Below, in pieces: positions 9,312 through 16,403 of a DNA stretch of 64,000 nt; the first letter of the stretch is position 1; each line of letters opens with the position of its first letter. Made by a program: the position numbers and the translations under genes. This stretch comes from a virus. The notes below the pieces were generated by a model. The model saw only the letters and a list, made by a program, of their open reading frames with translations. It ran no database searches and had not been told where the DNA came from. The stretch spans positions 13,211 through 77,210 of IMG/VR virus record IMGVR_UViG_3300020129_000672, one strand, 5' to 3'.

Positions 9312-9387
9312 GACCGGTCGTAGTCTCCTCCGGTCTGGGCGGTCGGCGGGGGTTCACACTGGGTTCAACCACGTCGGCCGCCATTTT
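9312..9387 (+). ncRNA. candidate small RNA (hairpin plus terminator-like hairpin)
   Basis: TAGAAT at 9301; gaccgg/ccggtc stem with loop TCGTAGTCTCCT; 11-bp stem 9338-9348/9372-9382 followed by ATTTT. Confidence 0.4.
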
Positions 9388-9388
9388 C

Positions 9389-9586
9389 ATGAAGAGGCCA
9401 CAGCCAAAGATCGACCCCGACCGCCGGTACTTCCAAGTACGGTGCGCCCGCTGTTGGTCGCCCATGCGGTTCTCCGCCCGGTCTGACGGCCGAGGCAATT
9501 ACTTGCGGTGCGAGCGCGATCCGGCCTTCTGCCAGGCTCAGCCGATCAATCCGCTTAGAAAAAGAGATGACCCTGAGTGGTATTAA
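9389..9586 (+). CDS. small zinc-ribbon protein
   Basis: CARC...LRC...FC. Confidence 0.55.
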   Translation: MKRPQPKIDPDRRYFQVRCARCWSPMRFSARSDGRGNYLRCERDPAFCQAQPINPLRKRDDPEWY

Positions 9587-9625
9587 ACTCTTGATCGGCT
9601 ATCAGACGGCTATAGCCTTCCGAGG

Positions 9626-9967
9626 ATGACACTCGATGAAATTAAAAAACTGATTAAACTCCATGTTGGTGAATTTGTAGAGTTCACTCCAACGAACGAT
9701 CATTCAATTACTTCTTTAGCTCTAGAGTTTGAAAAACAGATCAACCTGACAAAGCACCAGGAACAGGTGCGGCTTGTCGCGGTCTTCAAAATCTGGCTCG
9801 AAGGGCTGTCGAACAAATTTGCCGGTGACGGCAACATGGATGCCTATAACATCCTGAATTATATTTCAACCCGGGTGGAGCTCATTCTGGGTGGCCTGCA
9901 ACAAACGACGGTCGAAGCCCAAGAGATCCCGACCCGGCCGACCTTGCCAGCCCCTCCTCAAGGATGA
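9626..9967 (+). CDS. hypothetical protein
   Basis: TTGATC-16-TAGCCT-7-ATG. Confidence 0.65.
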   Translation: MTLDEIKKLIKLHVGEFVEFTPTNDHSITSLALEFEKQINLTKHQEQVRLVAVFKIWLEGLSNKFAGDGNMDAYNILNYISTRVELILGGLQQTTVEAQEIPTRPTLPAPPQG

Positions 9968-10332
9968 AAGCCCTGCACGCCACGCCCCCGCTCTACCAGC
10001 GGATCCAGTTCCTGCAGCTGCCGGAGGCCGAACAGGCGCGCCAGCGGTTCCACAACCTGGTGCGCCTTCGTTGTTGCCCCGTCTGTGCCCGGCAGGCTGG
10101 CCCAGACGGACCGTTCTGCCCATTTCACCAATTCAGAGTGGCCGAACTGGAGCGCGAACGCCATGAGCGGCTCCGGCTGGCCGGCCGTTGCCAAGTCTGT
10201 GAGAGGCAGATGCGCCACCGCTCGTGCCCAGAGTGCAATCGAACGAGCCGAACGATCGACAGCTACCACGGGCTGCCCGTCGCCCCGTCCGTCCTTGAGC
10301 AGCTGATGCGGCAACAGGCGGAGGAGAGTTGA
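9964..10332 (+). CDS. Cys-rich zinc-finger protein
   Basis: CPVC...CPFH...CQVC...CPEC; ATGA overlap. Confidence 0.7.
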   Translation: MKALHATPPLYQRIQFLQLPEAEQARQRFHNLVRLRCCPVCARQAGPDGPFCPFHQFRVAELERERHERLRLAGRCQVCERQMRHRSCPECNRTSRTIDSYHGLPVAPSVLEQLMRQQAEES

Positions 10333-10357
10333 CAACCGGCGATGGGAAGCCGACAGT
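10329..10357 (+). promoter_or_regulatory. promoter of the large non-coding RNA
   Basis: TTGACA-17-GACAGT; no start codon follows. Confidence 0.6.
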
Positions 10358-10566
10358 CAGCTCGTCAGTTTTACGACTGACTGTGCCGACTCCCGATTCA
10401 TTGCTCGCCGCATTAGATCTCCATTGGCACGTCCGGCCCGGGTGAGAAATCGCCCGGGCCGAATCATTTTCTTGACCCTCACTGTTTCGGAACGACTCAT
10501 CCGTCGGCGAGCAAGGTGAATAGGGAGTATCAAAAACCCCATTATTCACCTGGCCGGCCCTCGGCT

Positions 10567-10596
10567 CTGCCAGGAGACTTGGCAGGTTCTTTGACA
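10567..10596 (+). promoter_or_regulatory. boxB-like hairpin plus boxA-like antitermination motif
   Basis: Hairpin ctgccaggagacttggcag immediately followed by GTTCTTTGACA. Confidence 0.45.
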
Positions 10597-11315
10597 GGCG
10601 GTTGTCTGTCGGTCGGTCAATCCAGCTCGGACGGGTACCGGATTTCCGGTCAGGTTGGTAGCTAGTGACCTGTTGCTGGCCTCAATTATTTGGAGCCCGT
10701 ACGGGTTGGATTGACCGACCAGGCAGGTCTGTGTGACGAACGGTCAGGCGCCGAAAGGTGCCACGGCTGACTTAAAATTAGTCGGAATACCCTATGATCG
10801 TTCGTCACACAGACCTGCCAGTAAGTTAGGTCGGCCGCCCGAGGTGGCGCGCCGGCTGACTCCTTCCCGCTGTAGCACCAGGGTGTGTAACGATCAGCGG
10901 GAGTCACGTAGAGTGATCCACCCAGTCGGGCGAAAGCCCACAACGGGCCAGAGATGAGACGGTGTCCGGGCGAATAAGAACTTGAAGGAGCGCCCGCAAG
11001 AATCTGGTCCACCCGCGAAAGCAGCGAGACCCCAGCATTGGGGCACGGATCGAAGGCTGTCCGAAAGGGCGGCAGTTCGAGTTGAATCAGCAAACAAGTC
11101 CCAGAGACAACCAACAGTCAGAGAATGGGTGAGTACGGTGGCGGCGCTAGCGGGCCGGGAGTAATCCTACCTGTATGCTTGGGATGTTTCCCGCCATCAG
11201 AAGACCAGGAACCTACCACCAGGGATTTTGAGGACAAATCCCTAGGCCAACCGCGTGCGTCGTACGGCTCGAAGTCGATCCGGCAGCAAGGGAATGAGAG
11301 TAGAGGAAAGTTTTT

Positions 11316-11792
11316 ATGTGTAGAATTCAGTTAACCAGAGGAAAGTTTGCCACTGTTGACCAGCGTGACTTCGATTACCTGAATCAATTTCGTTGGTACT
11401 GTTTAGAGATGGATCACACTAATTACGCCGCACGATCGGTTAAAGATCCAGAAACAGGGAAATGGCAATTGATCCTGATGCACAGAGACATTTTAGGGGT
11501 CGACCGATCCATTAAGATCGATCACAAAAACGGAAATGGACTTGATAATCAGCGAAAAAATCTGAGGCCAGCTACCAGTTCACAAAATGGTTGTAACAGG
11601 TTAAAATCACGCTCGAACAAAAGCGGATTCAAGGGGGTCTATTGGCATAAAAGGATCGGAAAATTTAGGTCTGAAATAAGGCTTTTAGGAAGGCGATTCC
11701 ATCTTGGTTACTTCAATACGGCGCTATCTGCTCACGCTGCTTATTGCGAAGCGGCCAATCGTCTCCATGGAGAATTTGCTAGAACATCGTAA
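11316..11792 (+). CDS. HNH homing endonuclease with C-terminal AP2 DNA-binding domain
   Basis: IQLTRGKFATVD, LMHRDIL, IDHKNGNGLDNQRKNLR, NKSGFKGV, HLGYF, A..LHGEFA; lower GC than flanks. Confidence 0.92.
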   Translation: MCRIQLTRGKFATVDQRDFDYLNQFRWYCLEMDHTNYAARSVKDPETGKWQLILMHRDILGVDRSIKIDHKNGNGLDNQRKNLRPATSSQNGCNRLKSRSNKSGFKGVYWHKRIGKFRSEIRLLGRRFHLGYFNTALSAHAAYCEAANRLHGEFARTS

Positions 11793-11962
11793 CCGTAATC
11801 AGGGTGATCAGCCTGATGGGTAATCCACCCCATTCCATGGTCAGCCAAGATAGCGGAATATCTGACCGCTATGATGTTCAACATGTATCTCGGAATCATG
11901 CTGGCGCTGACGATCGTCGTCGGCCTGACTGATACGATGGAGGCGCTGACAGTCGATTGATC

Positions 11963-11982
11963 TGTTCCATCAGGATGGAAAG
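11963..11982. promoter_or_regulatory. palindromic operator (copy 5)
   Basis: tgttcc atcaggat ggaaag, then 7 nt, then TTGAAC-16-GATGGT-7-ATG(12025). Confidence 0.7.
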
Positions 11983-12024
11983 GTTGGCCTTGAACGACCA
12001 GCCAGAAAGGCGATGGTCGGGCTG

Positions 12025-12564
12025 ATGAAAACCAAGTTGATCACCGCTCTTCGCCAATCAGCGGCGGCTGTTCGTAACCAGACGTTTGGCTATGAATGGT
12101 CGAACATGAAGTCCTGCAACTGTGGAGTCGTTGCCTGCGCGCTGCTGGGTTACGACCAGGAAAAATTAAATACCTCTCTTCCAACTAAGCCGCAATACAA
12201 CTGGCTGAAATTTGTTGGTGAATATTGCCCAGTTACGGGCCTGCCAGAACATCTGGTTTTGCGAGCGATGACCGATGCTGGCCTTTCTCCGCGCGATATC
12301 ATTGAACTTGAGGCGATGAGCAATCAACAGGTTTTGGCCCGCATGCCCGTGCAATACCAGACGAAGATCGTTGGCGGTTGGTGGGCGATGTTGTTCGGCC
12401 GTACGCGTGAAGTAAAACAACCTCGGCCGTTTCATTACACCAATCGTCAAGATCTCGTGCTGTACCTTGAGGCCTGGGCAGACCTGTTGGAGGAACAGGC
12501 GGATCCTCTTCGTCAGCCGGCCCGTCGGGACGATCCATTCATGCAGGCGATAGGGAGAAATTAA
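12025..12564 (+). CDS. hypothetical protein (CNCG motif)
   Basis: YEW...SCNCG...YCP.TG...YLEAWADLLE. Confidence 0.7.
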   Translation: MKTKLITALRQSAAAVRNQTFGYEWSNMKSCNCGVVACALLGYDQEKLNTSLPTKPQYNWLKFVGEYCPVTGLPEHLVLRAMTDAGLSPRDIIELEAMSNQQVLARMPVQYQTKIVGGWWAMLFGRTREVKQPRPFHYTNRQDLVLYLEAWADLLEEQADPLRQPARRDDPFMQAIGRN

Positions 12565-12575
12565 TCCACAACAAG

Positions 12576-12899
12576 ATGAAACGACAACTGACCGGCCGCT
12601 GGCTGGCGCTTAATCTGCTGACCGTCTGGAATCTTCTTCTGGCCTTTCTGGTCGCCAAGGGTGATCTGGGACTGCTGCTGGTCTTTGCCTCCGTGGCGGT
12701 CGTTCAGCGCCTGACCGTCGGTCGGTGGGTGGCTGACAGTTACAAGTGGCTCGCAACATTCGGTGACAGTGCTCGGCTTGCGACCCTCCTTCAGATTCGG
12801 TCGGATGAACGTGGCGATGTCCAAACACCCCCATCCGAACAGTGTGTTGAAGACCGTTCGGTGGCCGCCAACGACAAGAATGCGTTTGGTCACCCATGA
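12576..12899 (+). CDS. membrane protein
   Basis: Two hydrophobic segments. Confidence 0.55.
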   Translation: MKRQLTGRWLALNLLTVWNLLLAFLVAKGDLGLLLVFASVAVVQRLTVGRWVADSYKWLATFGDSARLATLLQIRSDERGDVQTPPSEQCVEDRSVAANDKNAFGHP

Positions 12900-13330
12900 A
12901 CACCTTCCGTCTGACCATCCTGCTGACGGCCGCCCTTCTGGTCGGGCTGGTCCTGACCATCATCGGACGCCCCTCTCCGGCCGCCCGGGGGCTCATTCTG
13001 TGGCGACGGCTGACCAATCCCTATCTCCACCGCCATTATGGGTCGTGCGCCCGCTGTGCGCGATCCTGGGACGTGCTGGGCACCAACTATCACACAACTG
13101 TCTACTGGCGGGGCCGGCGGGAGATCGGCCGCTCAGAACCAACGGAGGTCGGCAATTTTGCTACCATGGACTTGGTGGTCCATCTGACGGAGAAGGGGGC
13201 GGCTCCATTGTGCCAAGACTGTTGGTTGGCGCTTCGAACGGGTCCGGCACGGCTTCCTTATTATCTCCCAATCTACGCGACGGATCCAGAATTCCCGGCC
13301 GTCATGACCGCCGTATTGGCCGAACAATGA
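12896..13330 (+). CDS. membrane-anchored Cys-containing protein
   Basis: N-terminal TM; CARC...CQDC. Confidence 0.65.
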   Translation: MNTFRLTILLTAALLVGLVLTIIGRPSPAARGLILWRRLTNPYLHRHYGSCARCARSWDVLGTNYHTTVYWRGRREIGRSEPTEVGNFATMDLVVHLTEKGAAPLCQDCWLALRTGPARLPYYLPIYATDPEFPAVMTAVLAEQ

Positions 13331-13713
13331 ACATCTCCGATCTTCCGACCGTCGCCGGCCGTATGGAATGTTCGAACGCTGAGTTTGAGCACCGGTGCTT
13401 GGCCCACCTCGAGGAGGAACAGCAGAAGCTGTTGCCCGATACGGCGCTGATCGCCCTGCTGTGCGACGCCGTGCGGTGTGTCAGGGAATACAGCGAGGCA
13501 ATGCAGGGGCAGCCGTTGGAGCTGATGCCGACCCAGTTTGTTGATCGGAACAATCGGCCAGAGATGACCGTCAATTGGATGACTGATTTGGTTCGGATGT
13601 CGGCTTATCGGATCCACCAGGTGATCGGCAGCAACATTCAGCATTATCGGACGCCGACCGAGCAGGAGCTGATGGTGGTCGTCCAGAGGGCAATTGAGAG
13701 GAATAAGTCATGA
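13327..13713 (+). CDS. hypothetical protein
   Basis: ATGA-coupled start inside track ORF 12763..13713. Confidence 0.6.
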   Translation: MNISDLPTVAGRMECSNAEFEHRCLAHLEEEQQKLLPDTALIALLCDAVRCVREYSEAMQGQPLELMPTQFVDRNNRPEMTVNWMTDLVRMSAYRIHQVIGSNIQHYRTPTEQELMVVVQRAIERNKS

Positions 13714-13931
13714 TTGTCTCGGCCGATCAAAAACCGCCGGTCGGTGGAATGGGCGGGTCGATCCACGATTGGGAGCGCGGGCTCGATCCGTGGCATGCTC
13801 AGGCCTTCCCCGCCCATCTGGCAGATCGGGCGCCCAATCAGGCAGAGCGCAAGGGTGGATGGTTTGCCCTCGATTACTGGAAGAACGAGATTGGTTTTAT
13901 TGCCGACGGAGACGCCTATGATCAAAGTTAG
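13710..13931 (+). CDS. hypothetical protein
   Basis: 73 aa; ATGA overlap. Confidence 0.5.
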   Translation: MIVSADQKPPVGGMGGSIHDWERGLDPWHAQAFPAHLADRAPNQAERKGGWFALDYWKNEIGFIADGDAYDQS

Positions 13932-14397
13932 AAAATCACCAACGGCCGATACACGTACCTGCGATTTTGCGAACGTCACCCGGCAGACGCTTGAGGCTTC
14001 GAGCTGTCAGCACATCGCGGATGTCGTTCAGGCCCTGGCATTTTTTCAGACTTACCTGACCAAGGCGGCAGGCGTTCACGACCAAGATAAGCTGACGGAC
14101 ATTGAATGGTTCCACCGCGACTTCATTACCGGCTTCAAGCAGACTGGGTGGTGGGATAACCATCGTCAGATCTGGCGCCACCACCTGAATAATACCGACG
14201 GCATTCCGCCGGACGTAAACCTGCTGGACGTTCTGGAATACGTCGCCGATTGCGTGATGGCCGGGATGGCTCGGTCGGGCTCGGTCTATGAGCTGAAGCT
14301 GCCGCCGGAATTATTGGAACGAGCGCTGAAGAATACGGTCGAGCTGCTGAAGGCTCAGGTGGTGGTCGACGATTCGGTTGAGACCAGTACAACCTAG
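13918..14397 (+). CDS. HD-superfamily (DUF5662-like) phosphohydrolase
   Basis: QH...VHDQDK...H...RHH...LDVLEYVADC. Confidence 0.65.
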   Translation: MIKVRKSPTADTRTCDFANVTRQTLEASSCQHIADVVQALAFFQTYLTKAAGVHDQDKLTDIEWFHRDFITGFKQTGWWDNHRQIWRHHLNNTDGIPPDVNLLDVLEYVADCVMAGMARSGSVYELKLPPELLERALKNTVELLKAQVVVDDSVETSTT

Positions 14398-14417
14398 CTT
14401 TCCACCCGCCTGGAAAG
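14398..14417. promoter_or_regulatory. palindromic operator (copy 6)
   Basis: ctttcc acccgcct ggaaag, then 7 nt, then TTGATC-18-TAAGCT. Confidence 0.75.
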
Positions 14418-14463
14418 CCCGCTATTGATCAACCCTCCGGATTCGGACTAAGCTGGTCCGGCT

Positions 14464-14640
14464 ATGAACTTGGTCGATCAAGCCCGATTGGCCGTCTGGC
14501 GCCGGCAGAGTATCCGTGCGCGTTCGGCCCCGTCTAAACCGCAACCACGAGTGTCGGTGATGAAAATCCTGTTCATCAACGGTCGTCCGTGCTTTCAGCC
14601 GACGGTCGACCAGATCCAACAGTTCTCGCTCAGTGAATGA
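14464..14640 (+). CDS. small hypothetical protein (58 aa, below track cut-off)
   Basis: ATG 9 nt after the -10 of the operator-linked promoter; MNLVDQARLAVWRRQS...FSLSE. Confidence 0.5.
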   Translation: MNLVDQARLAVWRRQSIRARSAPSKPQPRVSVMKILFINGRPCFQPTVDQIQQFSLSE

Positions 14641-14679
14641 CCGGTTTGACATCCAACCAGACAGGCCTATCAGTCTGCT

Positions 14680-14776
14680 GCACCTGGCGCCTGAGAATCG
14701 TACGGTTGCCCGCAGTTTGAGTTGTTTAAGTGGTTTCATCTGAATTGGCCGGGGTGACGAGTGTCATCCCGGTTTT
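14680..14776 (+). ncRNA. candidate small RNA
   Basis: TTGACA at 14646 with TATCAGT at -10 spacing; no CDS; ends in the terminator at 14749-14776. Confidence 0.4.
14749..14776 (+). terminator. intrinsic terminator
   Basis: ccggggtgac gagt gtcatcccgg tttt. Confidence 0.7.
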
Positions 14777-14784
14777 CCCCTTTT

Positions 14785-15066
14785 ATGAATCGTCGTCGCC
14801 TCTTCAAATCCCTGGCCGCTCTGGCCGTCACTCCCTGGCAATCGTTTGTCTGTTCTGGCCCGTTACGTCGAATGTTCTGGCTTCCGCCCATATGCGAGGC
14901 GCGTTACATCGATCTGGTCGTCGGCAAGCGATTGGAAGATATAAAAATGGCAGATTTGAAGATTGGAGACCTGTCAGAGATCTACCAGGAGGATGATGGC
15001 AAATGGCGGTTGATCGGTCATTGGTCTCCGGACGATCACTCGATCGTCTGGAAGTCAAACATTTGA
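14785..15066 (+). CDS. small protein with twin-arginine (Tat)-like signal
   Basis: MNRRRLFKSLAALAVTP. Confidence 0.6.
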   Translation: MNRRRLFKSLAALAVTPWQSFVCSGPLRRMFWLPPICEARYIDLVVGKRLEDIKMADLKIGDLSEIYQEDDGKWRLIGHWSPDDHSIVWKSNI

Positions 15067-15095
15067 CGGCCCGCCCGCCAGACCGAAGGTCGGCC

Positions 15096-15168
15096 GTGCA
15101 GGAACTGATGGAATAGTCTCAGTGTTGTACAGACCAGCCGCCGGGGAACTTGAGGCCCCGGCGGTTTT
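15096..15168 (+). ncRNA. candidate small RNA
   Basis: TTGACG-16-GAAGGT promoter; hairpin gtgcagga-actga...tcagt-gttgtac; then a terminator. Confidence 0.4.
15137..15168 (+). terminator. intrinsic terminator
   Basis: gccgccgggg/ccccggcggt stem followed by TTT; lies between convergent genes. Confidence 0.7.
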
Positions 15169-15173
15169 GGCCG

Positions 15174-15530
15174 TCAGAACGTGATCTTCTTCGTCGCCGG
15201 CAATCCTTGTTGGCGCATCTGTAGGGCGGTCATGATTCCGGCGTATCCCACGGTGTCCCGGCCGTTATCGAGATTCCCATCGTTGTAGGCAAAGCGAACA
15301 AGTTTGGTGGCTGCCATACAGGCCGAGATGTCGATCGCCGTGATCGGTGCCTTTAACTTCTTCTTCAGCAGGATCGACCAGACGATCGCCAGGTCAGCCA
15401 GCTGATATTCCGGTTCTCCATGCTCGGCCGTTCGGTCGCGCAGGATCAGCTCAGCCGCTTCAGCCAGCACATGGCTGCGGAGTTCGCTGGGGGTGGATAC
15501 GACGGGCTTGGCAGGTGTTTCTTGAGGCAC
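15174..15530 (-). CDS. DUF6378-like phage protein
   Basis: VLAEAAELILRDRTAEHGEP...LAIVWS...MAATKLVR...DN..D..GYA; TTGGAC-18-GAATGT-6-GTG. Confidence 0.75.
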   Translation of the reverse strand: MPQETPAKPVVSTPSELRSHVLAEAAELILRDRTAEHGEPEYQLADLAIVWSILLKKKLKAPITAIDISACMAATKLVRFAYNDGNLDNGRDTVGYAGIMTALQMRQQGLPATKKITF

Positions 15531-15537
15531 GGGCCGA

Positions 15538-15557
15538 CATTCCACCACAATGGAAAG
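15538..15557. promoter_or_regulatory. palindromic operator (copy 7), overlapping a promoter spacer
   Basis: cattcc accacaat ggaaag. Confidence 0.6.
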
Positions 15558-15658
15558 GTCGTCCAAAATCTTTCTTTCCAACCGCTACGCCGGTGGCTAA
15601 ACCACTGACCGCACTTCGGTGCATTTAACAGATCTAAATATTATTAACCGTTATTACC

Positions 15659-16369
15659 ATGTTTAACACCCGTATTAGCCCGCCACGTGAACACGTTCCT
15701 CCGGGACTTCAAGTTGGCCGCTTCACCGCCCTGATCGACTGTGGAACTCAACAGGAATCGATTAAGGGGAAAACCAAGGAACTACCGATCCTTAAAATCT
15801 CCGCCGAGTTTCCGGCGCACGTTTACAAAACAGGCGAACTCAAAGGTCGGCCGTTGGTCATAACCCGCAAGTTTACCAACTCGATGAGCGAGAAGGCTAA
15901 CCTCTATCACTTTATCGCCGGTTACCGCGGTAAGGACTTCAACACCGAAGAGGAGATCAAAGCGTGGTTGCAGGACACGTTTCATACGTTGGTTGGGCGG
16001 GTGGCGAAATTCACCGTCGTCCACAAGACGCTGGCAAAGGGAGACATTTTTTCGACCTTTGACTCCGCCGCTCAGGAGGCTGGTATGGTTTGCCCTCCGG
16101 CGATCAACAAGCCGGTGCTATTCAGCATGTCGGACATTCGGATTTGGAATCCGTCAACGGCCGAGCGGTCGATCCTGCCCGAGCCTTACAAATCGATCGT
16201 CGCCAAATACGGTACGATGCTTGAAGTTTTCAAGGGCCTGCACGAAAAAGCTCAGGAGTACATCAGCCAAAGCCCGGAGTTCAAAGCCATCAACGCCGGT
16301 CGTTCGATCGACCGTTCGGCCGTTCAGGCTGATGCGCCATTATCAGGCGACGACGACGTTCCGTTCTGA
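15659..16369 (+). CDS. phage single-stranded DNA-binding protein
   Basis: PPG...IDCGTQ...SEKANL and acidic aromatic tail GDDDVPF; first gene of the replication operon. Confidence 0.7.
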   Translation: MFNTRISPPREHVPPGLQVGRFTALIDCGTQQESIKGKTKELPILKISAEFPAHVYKTGELKGRPLVITRKFTNSMSEKANLYHFIAGYRGKDFNTEEEIKAWLQDTFHTLVGRVAKFTVVHKTLAKGDIFSTFDSAAQEAGMVCPPAINKPVLFSMSDIRIWNPSTAERSILPEPYKSIVAKYGTMLEVFKGLHEKAQEYISQSPEFKAINAGRSIDRSAVQADAPLSGDDDVPF

Positions 16370-16403
16370 ACCACCCAGACCTCAACTCAAACTTCTTCCT
16401 AAG

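Larger units (their letters stand above)
10364..11872 (+). ncRNA. large structured non-coding RNA (GOLLD/ROOL-class candidate), apparently enclosing an HNH gene
   Basis: ~950 nt with no credible CDS; long helices (10401-10410/10505-10514, 10611-10629/10702-10720, 10722-10746/10795-10819); GAAA tetraloops at 10446, 10753, 10932, 11063; helix 11203-11211/11833-11842 spans the HNH ORF; terminal hairpin 11850-11872. Confidence 0.7.

Noticed and set aside
11245-11272. Group II intron domain V-like string (cgtacggctc / gagccgtacg)
   Set aside because: Too short for D5, no D6, no GUGYG 5' end, no reverse transcriptase.
10686-11334. Short ORFs inside the structured RNA region
   Set aside because: No protein-like features; the sequence is explained by base-pairing.
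11300-11350. RNase P RNA (GAGGAAAGT twice)
   Set aside because: Not followed by CC.GGC and no 3' conserved element; the first copy is better read as the HNH ribosome-binding site.
11095-11872. Group I intron around the HNH gene (CAGAGAC resembles the R element)
   Set aside because: No matching S element or P7 partner, and no interrupted host gene is visible.
14422-14739. Minus-strand 105-aa ORF
   Set aside because: Conflicts with two + strand promoters and the operator-linked ORF at 14464, and has no motif; not fully excluded.
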